A DNA stretch of 64,000 bases from NCBI GenBank assembly GCA_029211085.1, contig JARGFW010000004.1, forward strand, positions 971-64,970. The letters are read 5' to 3'. The notes under the pieces are model-generated. The model had not been told where the DNA came from. It searched no databases and saw only the letters and a program-made list of their open reading frames with translations. Source of the stretch: Deferrisomatales bacterium. GTDB taxonomy: Bacteria > Desulfobacterota > Deferrisomatia > Deferrisomatales > JARGFW01. The position numbers and the translations under genes were made by a program. Of this stretch, positions 17,338 through 26,630 are shown in pieces (the stretch's first letter is position 1; each line of letters starts with the position of its first letter).

Positions 17338-17996
17338 ATGGGTTCACGCCCGTCGGAGCTTTACCGCGACGCGCCCCGTGACGCCCTCGGGCCCACCGGG
17401 CTGGACCGACTGCAGGACAACTACGTCTTCATCACCCACAGCCTGGGCAGCCGGATCACCACAGACGCCCTGCAGAGCCTAGCGGCTGCGGCAAACAAGG
17501 TGCCGGAGTTTCGGGAGAAAGCCCAAGCACTCCGGAACAAGCGGTTTGCCCTGGCCATGCTCTCCAACCAGGTGCCGCTGCTGCAGTTGGGCCAACCCGA
17601 ACCCGAGGTGCGCGGGCAGATCGACGACATCTGTGGGCCTGGGGCCCCGAAGGCCGAGGAGCGCTTGTTCCAGGAAACCAAGATCCTCGCTTTCAGCGAC
17701 CCCAACGATCTGTTCCGCTATGCCATCCCCCCGAAGTTTCTGTCCCCCCGAAGTTTCTTGACGAGCACATGGACTCGCGCCTATGTCCGACCCTGACCAA
17801 CGTCATCTTCAACGTCGTTCCCGTCAGCAAGGTGATGGGGCTCGGGGAGTTCGCCAATCCCATGGCGGCCCATGTGGGGTACCACAACGACGAGCGGGTG
17901 ATCGCGCTGATCACCCACGGCATCGGCGGCGACGACACGGCCCCCATCATTCGCGACCGGTGCGAGTGGATGGAGGCGGTCGCGGAGGGGGAGTGA
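17338..17996 (+). pseudogene. alpha/beta-hydrolase-like gene disrupted by a 17-bp tandem duplication (possibly also 5'-truncated)
   Basis: GXSXG motif (ITHSLGSRI). The two ORFs 17338-17796 and 17769-17996 join into one frame (...AIPPKFLDEHMDSRLCPTL...) if the duplicated 17 nt are removed. Confidence 0.7.
17726..17758 (+). repeat. Tandem duplication, 16-nt exact unit TCCCCCCGAAGTTTCT x2 with period 17
   Basis: 17726-17741 and 17743-17758 are identical, separated by a single G. Confidence 0.95.
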
Positions 17997-18015
17997 TGCG
18001 GGAAGGGAACAGAAC

Positions 18016-19011
18016 ATGAGACGGACGCTTCGCAACGTGGTTGCCGCGCTGCTGACCTTGACGCTGCTGCTCGCGGTGGCCTGGGGGGCTGCCGCCCTCT
18101 GGTTCGACGGCCCAGCGGCACGGTGGATGGCCGGAACGCTGGCCGGCGGGTGGGCGCTCGCCTGCCTGGCGGTAGTTCTGGCACTGCGTCCCTATCGCCG
18201 CGCGCTCGGGCTGGTCGCTTTCGCCTGTGCCATGGTCGTGGGCTGGTGGTTGACCCTTCCGGCCAGCAACGGTCGGGACTGGCAGCCCGACGTCGCCCAC
18301 CCGGCGACCGCCGACATCCAGGGCAGCCGCCTCACCGTCCGCAACCTGCGCGACTTCGACTACCGGAGCGAGACCGACTTCAACGAGCGTTGGGAGACCC
18401 GGACGTACGATCTGGACCAGTTGGTCGGCGTCGACCTGTTCCTGTGCTTCTGGGGGCCCACGCAGATCGCCCACACCATCGCCAGCTGGGAGTTCGCCGA
18501 CGGCACCCACCTGGCGGTCTCCATCGAGACCCGCAAGGAGAGGGGCGAGTCCTACTCGGCGGTGCGGGGTTTCTTCCGCCAGTTCGAGGTCTACTACGTG
18601 GTGGCCGACGAGCGCGACGTGGTGCGGCTGCGGACCAACTATCGGGGCGAGACGGTGTATCTGTACCGCATGCAAGCCACCCCCGACGCCGCCCGGGCCA
18701 TCCTCCTGGACTACGCCCGCGAGATCAACCGGCTGGCCGAGCATCCGCGGTGGTACAACGCCCTGACCCACAACTGCACCACGGCCATCCGCTACCACAC
18801 GCGGCAGGTGGGCATGGCCCGGCCCCTGGACTGGCGGCTGTTTGCGAACGGACACCTGCCCGAGCTAATCTACGAGCGAGGAACCATCGGCACCAGCCTG
18901 CCCCTGGCCGAGCTCGTGCGGCGCAGCGACATCACCGAGGTGGCCCGGTCAGCGGATCAGGACCCGGAGTTCTCGCAGCGGATCCGAGAGGGCCTGCCGG
19001 GGTCCAGGTAG
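18016..19011 (+). CDS. DUF4105 (Lnb N-terminal periplasmic domain) membrane protein
   Basis: N-terminal TM helices. Conserved blocks RNLRDFDYRSETDF, HTIASWEF and YNALTHNCTT are typical of DUF4105. Confidence 0.8.
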   Translation: MRRTLRNVVAALLTLTLLLAVAWGAAALWFDGPAARWMAGTLAGGWALACLAVVLALRPYRRALGLVAFACAMVVGWWLTLPASNGRDWQPDVAHPATADIQGSRLTVRNLRDFDYRSETDFNERWETRTYDLDQLVGVDLFLCFWGPTQIAHTIASWEFADGTHLAVSIETRKERGESYSAVRGFFRQFEVYYVVADERDVVRLRTNYRGETVYLYRMQATPDAARAILLDYAREINRLAEHPRWYNALTHNCTTAIRYHTRQVGMARPLDWRLFANGHLPELIYERGTIGTSLPLAELVRRSDITEVARSADQDPEFSQRIREGLPGSR

Positions 19012-19125
19012 GGTGACGGGACAAGACGCGCGAAGAGTTCCCGTGCCGAACGGCCGGGGATCGGCTGTTCGGCACGGTACCCTGGGGAGGGTTCCCAAGG
19101 GCGAAACCATGAGAGGAGGTGGCAG

Positions 19126-19632
19126 ATGTTCGGATCGACCCGACACAAGAGAGTGCTCCTGGTCGCGCTCGGTGTGGCCCTCGCGATGCCCCTGGCGGCC
19201 GGTTGGGCGCAGGAACTGGTGATCTACCCCGCCAAGGGGCAGGACCAGGTGCAGCAGGACAAGGACAAGGTCGAGTGCTACAACTGGGCCAAGGGCCAGA
19301 GCGGCTTCGACCCCATGGCGCTGCCCACCGCGAGCAGCCCGCCGCCCCAACAGGAGGCACCCAAGGGAGGGCTGCTGAAGGGGGCCGCTCGAGGCGCGCT
19401 GGTGGGCGTGGCCGTCGGTGCCATAGCCGGTGACGCCGGGAAGGGGGCGGCCATCGGGGCGGCTGGCGGTGGTCTCGTCGGCGGCATGCGCAAGAAAGAC
19501 CAAGCCGCCCAGCAGGCGCAGGCTCAGCAGCAGTGGGAGCAGCAGCAGGCGGCGGAGTATGCCCAGAAACGCGGAGCCTACAATCGCAATTTCTCGGCCT
19601 GCATGGAGGGTCGCGGTTACACCGTAAAATAG
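19126..19632 (+). CDS. glycine-zipper (YMGG-like) secreted/outer-membrane protein
   Basis: Signal peptide, GAARGALVGVAVGAIAGDAGKGAAIGAAGGGLVGG glycine zipper, and a Q-rich coiled segment. Confidence 0.75.
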   Translation: MFGSTRHKRVLLVALGVALAMPLAAGWAQELVIYPAKGQDQVQQDKDKVECYNWAKGQSGFDPMALPTASSPPPQQEAPKGGLLKGAARGALVGVAVGAIAGDAGKGAAIGAAGGGLVGGMRKKDQAAQQAQAQQQWEQQQAAEYAQKRGAYNRNFSACMEGRGYTVK

Positions 19633-19647
19633 CCAAGGGAGGAGCAC

Positions 19648-20055
19648 ATGAGAACCTCGCGTGTCGTTTTGCTGGCAGGGGCAGCCCTGGCCGGCATGTT
19701 CGTGGGATCAGCGGCAGTGGCGTCGGAAGAGGGTGCCCGTCTGTGCGCCCTGACCGAGGTCCTGGAGTGCAGTCGCCTCGTGGGGTGTGAACGGGTCCTT
19801 CCTGCGGACGTGGGGCTACCGGATTTTCTGCGGGTGGCGGGAAACGGCGAGCGCATCAGCACCGGCGTCAAGGGAGATGAGCGGCAGACGGCCGCACGCA
19901 TCCGGGAGTCGGTGGAGGGCGCGACGCTGCTCGGGGGCATCGAGAATGCGCGGGCTTGGAGTGCAGCCCTCTCGGCCGATGGCAGCCAATTGACGGGGGT
20001 CGTGTCCGAGCCAGGCGGGGCCTTCGTACTGTTCGCCTCGTGCACCGGCGAATGA
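19648..20055 (+). CDS. hypothetical secreted protein
   Basis: 135 aa with signal peptide MRTSRVVLLAGAALAGMFVGSAAVA. AAGGGAGGAG lies upstream of the start. Confidence 0.6.
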   Translation: MRTSRVVLLAGAALAGMFVGSAAVASEEGARLCALTEVLECSRLVGCERVLPADVGLPDFLRVAGNGERISTGVKGDERQTAARIRESVEGATLLGGIENARAWSAALSADGSQLTGVVSEPGGAFVLFASCTGE

Positions 20056-20109
20056 GGTAGAATCCGGAAGAGGTGCGGACTCCGCTGGAACGGCCGAGAA
20101 TGTGGTGCG

Positions 20110-20394
20110 ATGAGGGGGCAAGCCGCTGAAGCTCAAGACGGCGAGCGACCGTGGAACCGAAACCGTGGCTCGGGATGGCTTCCCCGAGAAAGGCTCCCCA
20201 CGAAGAGACGGTGCGGCATCTCGTTCCTGGTTTTCGCCGTGCTTTATGCTCCGGCTGTGCCCGTGGCGGGCCGCAGTTGGGCCGACGAGTATGCTGTGCA
20301 TCCCCTCCTCCTCCAGGCCAAAGATGTTCTCCCCGCCGTGCTCCTCGCCGGAAAGAACTTCAAGGTGGGCGCGGCGTGCGAAACGACGGCTTGA
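20110..20394 (+). CDS. hypothetical small secreted protein
   Basis: 94 aa with a hydrophobic segment ISFLVFAVLYAPAVPVAGRSWA. The start is uncertain. Confidence 0.4.
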   Translation: MRGQAAEAQDGERPWNRNRGSGWLPRERLPTKRRCGISFLVFAVLYAPAVPVAGRSWADEYAVHPLLLQAKDVLPAVLLAGKNFKVGAACETTA

Positions 20395-20933
20395 TCAACG
20401 TGTACCAGCTCACCACCGACTACGGGCCGGTCACGGCGGAGAGCACCGCCGCACTGCAAGCCCGGGTCGCCGAACTCTCGGCCATGGCCACCATGGAAGA
20501 GATGGACCGCTCGGAGGTCTTCACCGACTCGCTGGTGAAGGGCGCGAAGGGGACGGTCCGGGGGGCCGCGGCGCATCTGGCTACGTCGTCTTCCGTGGCG
20601 CGCTTCTACCGGCTGACCGCCCAGATGATGGCCGGCTACCACAGGAACGTGGCGCCGGTCGAGCGCGTCGTGAACGTGGCCGGGCGGCCGATGGCGCGAC
20701 GCAAGGATGGGGGTCTTGTCCTGCTCGCGGCCGTCGATTACGTGTTCTGGACCAAGGACGTGGCGGCCAAGGTGGACATGATCGACCGCAGCGCTGGGGC
20801 ACAAGTGCCGGCCGTTTCCGGCAAGGAGCTCTGGCTCACCGGTGAGATCGACGGGGCCGCGAGGACCGAACTGGAGGCCCGGGGCTGGAGGGTCACGCCC
20901 AATGCCAACTCCGTCCTGCTGAAGGAGGGTTGA
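20376..20933 (+). CDS. hypothetical protein (could instead be the downstream part of a frameshifted 20110-20933 gene)
   Basis: Protein-like sequence starts at VRNDGLINVYQLTTDYGPVTAEST. AGGTGG lies 6-7 nt before GTG 20376. Upstream in this frame the sequence is R/P-rich and looks non-coding. Confidence 0.55.
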   Translation: MRNDGLINVYQLTTDYGPVTAESTAALQARVAELSAMATMEEMDRSEVFTDSLVKGAKGTVRGAAAHLATSSSVARFYRLTAQMMAGYHRNVAPVERVVNVAGRPMARRKDGGLVLLAAVDYVFWTKDVAAKVDMIDRSAGAQVPAVSGKELWLTGEIDGAARTELEARGWRVTPNANSVLLKEG

Positions 20934-21191
20934 ACCGGCCTTGACGCCCTGGACTCCTGGTGCTCTGCTGACGAAGACCGGCCCCTACTTGCGGTTCCGG
21001 TCTGGACGCGCATTGAGTCTACCCCCCTCGATCCCCGCCCCTGCTCTCCCGACAGCCGGTCGTCACGGTTCATCCCTCGGGGTGCCGGTAGGAGATGAAA
21101 ACGCAGAAGGCAGCCCTTCGGGACGGGACGCTCGTCTTGGAGGACGCGGGTGGTCAGACCGTGATGGGATTTCGCCGGCGAGGCCGCCGTG

Positions 21192-22370
21192 ATGCGCCGG
21201 GCCGGGCCCTGGGGCGAACGGCGGTCGCTTGCTCTTGCGCTGAGCTCTTGGGTCTTCACATTCGGGCTGTCGGGTCTCACGCCAAGCGTGTGCGGCGCCG
21301 AGGGAGTCGGGGCAGACCCGCGCAACACCGCCTATCGGGTCGAGGGGCAGGAGGTCCGACTGCTTGGCGGCGTCGCAGAGGCCGAGGCGGCACCGGGTTC
21401 GGCGACCAAAACCCGAACGGCGGTCGTGGGTGAGCCGACCCACGGCGATTTGGACGGCGACGGGGTCGACGACACGGCGCTCTTCCTGGGTCACGACCCC
21501 GGGGGCAGCGGCACCTTCTACTACGTGGCGGTGGCCCTCCGCAGGGGCAACGGCTATCGGGGCACCAACGCGGTGTTGCTCGGCGACCGGGTGGCGCCGG
21601 AAACGCTCGTGGTCCGAAACGGCGTCCTGATCGCCGGCTATGTCGACCGGCGGGCGGGAGAGCCCATGTCCGCTTCCCCCACCGTGCGAGCCACGGCGTA
21701 CCTGGTCCTACAGGGCACCGAACTCGTGGCCATCGCCGTGACCGGATCGGGAAGCCCGCCGGGGGAAGCGGTGAGGGAGGGATGGCTCACCATCGGCCGG
21801 GAGGCGAGGTCGTTCTCGCCGTGTGGGGAGAAGAAGACCCTTCGGGTCTCCGGCGAGGCCCCGGTCTTGGCGGAGCTTCGGGACGCTTGCCGCCGTGCCC
21901 TGCCCGACACGGGGCCCTACACACCCCTCTTCGCGGTGGTGGCCGGACGCTACGGAGCGCGACCCGGCGATGGCTTTGGCGCGCAGTACGACGGGTCTTT
22001 TCTCGCGACCCGGCTCGTCCGGGTGTGGCCCAGGGGGAACTGCCGCAGCGAGCACGTCGTCCTTGAGGAGCCCACACCCGGTCAGGCGTTCACCTCACCC
22101 CTCACGCTGCGGGGTCGCGCCCGGGGGACCTGGTTTTTCGAGGGGGACTTCCCCATCGAGTTGCGAGACGCCCGGGGAGGGATCGTCGCCAGACACTACG
22201 CCACAGCGCGAGGGGAGTGGATGACGCAGGACTTCGTCCCCTTCGAGGGCACGCTGGAGTTCCCGAAGCCGGAACGACCGCAGCCCGGGACCCTGGTGCT
22301 TCGTAAGTACAACCCCACGGATTCGCCGGCGCGCGACGACGCCGTGGAGATCCCGGTCATGTTCCGCTGA
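21192..22370 (+). CDS. secreted protein with C-terminal Gmad2 immunoglobulin-like domain
   Basis: Signal peptide, plus C-terminal SPLTLRGRARGTWFFEGDFPIELRDARGGIVARHYATARGEWMTQDFVPFEGTLEF, which is characteristic of Gmad2. Confidence 0.75.
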   Translation: MRRAGPWGERRSLALALSSWVFTFGLSGLTPSVCGAEGVGADPRNTAYRVEGQEVRLLGGVAEAEAAPGSATKTRTAVVGEPTHGDLDGDGVDDTALFLGHDPGGSGTFYYVAVALRRGNGYRGTNAVLLGDRVAPETLVVRNGVLIAGYVDRRAGEPMSASPTVRATAYLVLQGTELVAIAVTGSGSPPGEAVREGWLTIGREARSFSPCGEKKTLRVSGEAPVLAELRDACRRALPDTGPYTPLFAVVAGRYGARPGDGFGAQYDGSFLATRLVRVWPRGNCRSEHVVLEEPTPGQAFTSPLTLRGRARGTWFFEGDFPIELRDARGGIVARHYATARGEWMTQDFVPFEGTLEFPKPERPQPGTLVLRKYNPTDSPARDDAVEIPVMFR

Positions 22371-22459
22371 CGCGTGCACCCCCCGGCCTCGAGGGGCGGA
22401 GATCGGAGTCGTGTGGTCTTTGGGATGCGGTGCGAACCCTCACGAAAGGAGAAATCACG

Positions 22460-23002
22460 ATGAAGCCACGAGTTCTTTCGATGATCCTCGGTCTGATGTG
22501 CCCATTCGTTTTCGGGGCCGTTTCGTCGAGCCCGGCAGAGGAACGCACCGTGGGCGCCATGTCGCCGTGGGAGGCGAGCGGGGAGGTCTTCCGGATCGGA
22601 CCGGACCGGGCCCAGTTCATGGGAAAATTCGAGGGCATTCTCTACGTCGAGAAGGCGGAGGGACAGCTCGACGCCGCCCTGCTGCTCTGCCCCGGGGTCC
22701 AGACCGTGGACCTGGGTACCGGCGCGACCCAGGGAACCGGGCACTGCATCATCACCAGTGCCAGAGGCGATCAGGTGTTTGCCGAATGGTCGTGCTCCGG
22801 TACGACCGGAAAGGGGTGTCTGGGTGAGATGCGCCTGACCGGCGGCACCGGACCCTTCGAGGGGATCACCGGGTCTGGGGAATTGGCCGTGCGCACAGCG
22901 CTCTCCCAGTTGACCGCTGATCGCCGAAGCGGCGAGGTGGTGAGCCACGCGGCGGGTCTGGCGGTGTGGCCGAAGCTCACCTATCGGATTCCTGAGCGAT
23001 GA
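22460..23002 (+). CDS. hypothetical secreted protein
   Basis: AAAGGAG lies 8 nt before ATG 22460. Signal peptide MKPRVLSMILGLMCPFVFGAVSS. Confidence 0.6.
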   Translation: MKPRVLSMILGLMCPFVFGAVSSSPAEERTVGAMSPWEASGEVFRIGPDRAQFMGKFEGILYVEKAEGQLDAALLLCPGVQTVDLGTGATQGTGHCIITSARGDQVFAEWSCSGTTGKGCLGEMRLTGGTGPFEGITGSGELAVRTALSQLTADRRSGEVVSHAAGLAVWPKLTYRIPER

Positions 23003-23283
23003 GGGCTTCTGTCGGTGGCGTTGCTGGAGCGAGACGGGCTAGGTCATGCGCGGGCTCCTGACGGCGGCGTTGCTGCCGGGGGGGCTTTCGCTGCCGCGCC
23101 TGGCCACTCCGAGACCGCGGCGTACCGGGTCGCCCTCGCCTCCAGCTTGCGGGTGAACAGAACGGTCCACCTGGTTGCCATGGGCGTCACCTCCGGGGGT
23201 GGGGTTTCTCCCCGGGGTTCCTCCCTGTGCCCGGCTTGGGGTGGGAGGCGAGGTGAGATGACCTGAAAAGGCTTCTTTCGCAG

Positions 23284-23372
23284 AAGGGGATTCAATGGCT
23301 CAGAGGTTCGAATCCTCTCGTCCCGACCAACAAAGACAAGGGCTTAGGCGGATGGCGCCGAGGCCCTTTGTT
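23284..23372 (+). repeat. Direct repeat DR3: degenerate copy of tRNA-Pro 3' end plus terminator-like hairpin
   Basis: 23303-23329 is identical to 6809-6835 (GAGGTTCGAATCCTCTCGTCCCGACCA). It is followed by AAGGGCTTAGGCG-gatgg-CGCCGAGGCCCTT-TGTTCTT. There is no acceptor 5' strand upstream, so it is not a tRNA gene. Confidence 0.85.
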
Positions 23373-23818
23373 CTTGTCCATGAGTCCCCGCGTGCGCCGC
23401 CGTCTCGGCAGGGTTGGCCGCGCAGAAATACGAACGGACTCCCGGGATTTCCGCCTGGCGTCGCTGTATGACCGTTGGGGTGGACCTGTGACGCCAGCTC
23501 CGCGGGCATCCGCGTGTCCATCGGTGCCCCGCGAGACCGGCCACCCACCCGCATGGCGGGCGGGCCAGCGCTCTAGGCAAATGTCGTTTGAAATCGTTGA
23601 CCGGGCGAGCGGGCGAGGAGTATGTTTCGAGCTCCACGGGGCGCCCCAGGCCGAACGAGGAACGGGCGGGTGGGGCCTTGGCCGCGCCCCCAAGCATTCC
23701 CGTGCTTCCGCCGCTGCCCAGGCCATTGGGGCATCCGGTTCCGGTGCGTTTCGCGGCGCCTCATAACCCTCAGGGTACCACCCGTCCGAGCGATACGCTC
23801 ACCACACAGGAGGACATC

Positions 23819-25021
23819 ATGAGAATCTCGAGGTTTCGCCAGGCTGTGATGGTCACCATCGCCTTGCTGCTGGTCTTCGCCCTGGGGGTTCCTGCCTGGG
23901 CGGCGAGGCCGATCCGGATCGGCTTCATGGCGCCTTTCGTGGGGGTGTACACACAACTCGGCGAGGATATGGACCGCGGATTCAAACTCTACCTCGACGA
24001 GATCGGCAACAAGGCGGGGGGGCGTGAGCTGCAGGTGTTCCTGGAGGACACGGAGGGCAAGCCGGAGTTGGGGCCCACGAAGGCCCGCAAGCTTCTCGAC
24101 AACGACAAGGTCGATCTTCTGTCGGGCATCGTGCACAGTGGGGTGGCGATCTCCATCAGGGATATAGTGGTGGAGAGGAAGGTCCCCCTGATCCTCACCA
24201 ACGCCGGTGCGCCGGCCCTCACGGGGAAACTCAAAAGCCCCTATATCTTTCGCGTCTCGTTCGCCAACGGTCAGCAAGACCTGGCCGGGGGATGGTACGC
24301 GTACCACAAACTCGGCTTTCGCAAGATGGTCGTGATCGCCCCGGACTACTCCGCCGGCCACGACAAGGCCAACGGCTTCATGAAGTACTTCAAGGAGGCC
24401 GGCGGCACGGTGGTGGAGGAGATCTATCCGCCGCTGAGTACCAACGATTTCGGGCCCTACCTCACCAAGATCGCCGACCAGGGGAAGGCGATCGATGGGG
24501 TGTGGTCGTTCTTCTCGGGGAGTGGTTCCATCCGGCTGGTGACCCAGTACGAGGAGTACGGCCTCAAGGACTCGGTGCCGTTCTTCGTTATCGGCGACAC
24601 CGTCGACGACGCCGTGCTGCCCTCCATGAAGGACGCGGCCGTTGGCGTCAAGAGCTACCACCATTACGCGGATACCCTGAAGAACCCGGAGAACGAGGCG
24701 TTCGTGAAGGCCTACGTGGCCAAGTACAAGACCAAGCCGGGCATCTTCTCCGAGCAGGGCTACGTGGGCGCGAAGGTGATCGCCATGGCCCTGGAGGCGG
24801 TGAAGGGGGACATCGAGAACACCGACGCCTTCCTGGCCGCCCTGCGGAAGGTGAAGTTCAACGCCCCCCGGGGGCCCTTCGCCTTCGACGAGAGCCAGAA
24901 CGTGATCCTGCCCGTCCACATCCGCCGGGTCGACAAGGTGGGGGGCACGTACCAGAACACGGTCCTGGATACCATCCCCGACGTGGATCAGGACTGGTCA
25001 CCGGCCAAGATGAAGAAGTAA
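23819..25021 (+). CDS. ABC transporter substrate-binding protein, LivK/branched-chain amino acid family
   Basis: AGGAGGA lies before ATG 23819. It has a signal peptide and a periplasmic binding protein type I fold (IRIGFMAPFVGVY...DKVDLLSGIVHSGVA). Confidence 0.9.
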   Translation: MRISRFRQAVMVTIALLLVFALGVPAWAARPIRIGFMAPFVGVYTQLGEDMDRGFKLYLDEIGNKAGGRELQVFLEDTEGKPELGPTKARKLLDNDKVDLLSGIVHSGVAISIRDIVVERKVPLILTNAGAPALTGKLKSPYIFRVSFANGQQDLAGGWYAYHKLGFRKMVVIAPDYSAGHDKANGFMKYFKEAGGTVVEEIYPPLSTNDFGPYLTKIADQGKAIDGVWSFFSGSGSIRLVTQYEEYGLKDSVPFFVIGDTVDDAVLPSMKDAAVGVKSYHHYADTLKNPENEAFVKAYVAKYKTKPGIFSEQGYVGAKVIAMALEAVKGDIENTDAFLAALRKVKFNAPRGPFAFDESQNVILPVHIRRVDKVGGTYQNTVLDTIPDVDQDWSPAKMKK

Positions 25022-25119
25022 ATAGCAGATTGCCCGGGACAGCGGTGTTGCCCGTCGGGCCCGCCGCTGTCCGGGATCTTGGATTTCCTCCACAGGATGA
25101 CCTATCGCCAGGGTGAGGG

Positions 25120-26130
25120 ATGCATCTGCCTCGGTTCCAATATATTCGCTGCACGACCCGGGAAGAGGCCGCCAAACGGCTGGAGGAACTCGGCTCCGCG
25201 GCGTGTTTGATGTCCGGGGGTACAGATCTGCTGCCCCGCTTGAAGTACGGGCTGGGTCGGCCCGAGGTGCTGGTGAGCCTCGGCGGCGTGGAGGTGCCGC
25301 CGCCCCGGGTGGGTGGGAACGGGGAGCTTCGCATCGACGGGCTCACCCGCCTGGCCGCGGTGATCCGCTCCCCGGAGGTTCGGGCCCGGGCCCCGATCCT
25401 GTGCCAGGCGGCCCTGAGCGTCGCCTCGAACCAGGTCCGCCACATGGCGACCCTCGGAGGGAACCTGTGTGTGGAGGCGAGGTGCCTCTACTACAACCAG
25501 AGCCACGCCTACCAGTACGTGGAGCCCTGCCTCAAACGGGGCGGGACGGCATGCTATTTCGCGCCCAAGGGCGACCGCTGCTGGGCGATCTTCCCCTCCG
25601 ACACGGCGCCGGCGCTGCTGTGCCTGGGGGCGCTGGTCGATGTGGTGGGGCCGGAAGGAACTCGCGCCTTTCCGCTGGAAGACCTCTACGGCGGAGACCC
25701 CCTTTACCCCGTGACCTTGCGGCGGGGGGAGATCGTGGCCGAGATCCGGATCCCCGCGGCGCCGCCCAATCGAGGCCAGGCGTTTCGGAAACACAGCCGG
25801 CGCAAAGGGCTTGAATTCGCCGGCCTCACGGTCGCCGCCGTGCTGGAGCGGGAAGACGGGGGGCGGTGCCGGGAGGCCCGCATCGTGGTCGGCTCCGTGG
25901 CCGGGGCTCCGGTGCGCCCCTTGGAGACCGAGAACCGCCTGCGGGGCCAGGACCTGTCGCGCCCCGGGGTGCTTGCCGACGTCGCGCGGTCGGTGGCGGC
26001 CGAGATCCGTCCCGTGGCCCACCACGGCTACCCGGCGGGTTATCTGCGCCGGTGCGTAGAGGTGGAGACCCGCCGGGCGCTGGCCGAGGCGGTGGGTCTC
26101 GAACCCGGGACGGAAGGAGGATCCCCCTGA
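25120..26130 (+). CDS. FAD-binding subunit of a molybdenum-hydroxylase-family enzyme, with an HcrB-like Cys-rich insertion
   Basis: FAD_binding_5 motif (LMSGGTDLLPRLK). Insertion with C122-x14-C137-x7-C145-x8-C154, nt 25468-25581. Confidence 0.85.
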   Translation: MHLPRFQYIRCTTREEAAKRLEELGSAACLMSGGTDLLPRLKYGLGRPEVLVSLGGVEVPPPRVGGNGELRIDGLTRLAAVIRSPEVRARAPILCQAALSVASNQVRHMATLGGNLCVEARCLYYNQSHAYQYVEPCLKRGGTACYFAPKGDRCWAIFPSDTAPALLCLGALVDVVGPEGTRAFPLEDLYGGDPLYPVTLRRGEIVAEIRIPAAPPNRGQAFRKHSRRKGLEFAGLTVAAVLEREDGGRCREARIVVGSVAGAPVRPLETENRLRGQDLSRPGVLADVARSVAAEIRPVAHHGYPAGYLRRCVEVETRRALAEAVGLEPGTEGGSP

Positions 26131-26144
26131 GACGGAAAGAGATC

Positions 26145-26630
26145 GTGGGCTTGGTGGTGAACGGGGAACGGCACGAACTCGCGGTCGAGCCCCAGACCAC
26201 CCTGCTCGAGGCGCTGCGCACGCAACTGGGCCTCACCGGCACCAAGGAGAGCTGCGGCCAGGGGGAGTGTGGGGTGTGCACGGTGCTCCTCGACGGGGCG
26301 CCGGTCCTCGCCTGCCTCACCCTGGCGCTGGACTGTGAAGGGCGCCACGTGGTCACCATCGAGGGCCTGGCGCCGGACGGGACGATCACCCCCGTGCAGC
26401 AGGCGTTTCTCGACGCCGGCGCCATCCAGTGCGGCTTCTGCACCCCGGGAATGGTTCTCTCCACCACGGCCTTGCTCCGGGAAACCCCCCATCCCACCCC
26501 GGCAGAGATCGGCAAGGCCCTCGAGGGCAACCTCTGCCGGTGCACCGGTTACAACAAGATCGTGGATGCCGTCCAGCGGGCCGCTGCGGAGGACTGCCCG
26601 GGCGCGCAGGCGGGGAGCGACCATGGCTGA
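26145..26630 (+). CDS. (2Fe-2S)-binding small subunit of the molybdenum enzyme (start uncertain)
   Basis: Contains CGQGECGVCTV, plus QCGFCTPGM and CRCTGY motifs. Start candidates are GTG 26145, TTG 26151 and GTG 26154. Confidence 0.85.
   Translation: MGLVVNGERHELAVEPQTTLLEALRTQLGLTGTKESCGQGECGVCTVLLDGAPVLACLTLALDCEGRHVVTIEGLAPDGTITPVQQAFLDAGAIQCGFCTPGMVLSTTALLRETPHPTPAEIGKALEGNLCRCTGYNKIVDAVQRAAAEDCPGAQAGSDHG

Larger units (their letters stand above)
14746..23329. mobile_element. Second, integrase-less genomic island (remnant) in tandem at the tRNA-Pro site
   Basis: Bounded by DR2 and the degenerate DR3. Cargo is envelope/secreted proteins and one disrupted gene. No recombinase was found. 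Confidence 0.6.

Noticed and set aside
20110-20933. Frameshifted single gene (frame 1 to frame 0 near 20370-20390)
   Set aside because: This is possible, but an AGGTGG SD 6-7 nt before GTG 20376 allows two translationally coupled genes. Without homologues I cannot decide, so I reported two CDSs with moderate confidence.
23284-23329. Possible third tRNA gene
   Set aside because: Only the T-arm and 3' acceptor strand are present. There is no 5' acceptor strand, D arm or anticodon arm upstream. It is an att remnant, not a gene. The same applies to 14694-14745.
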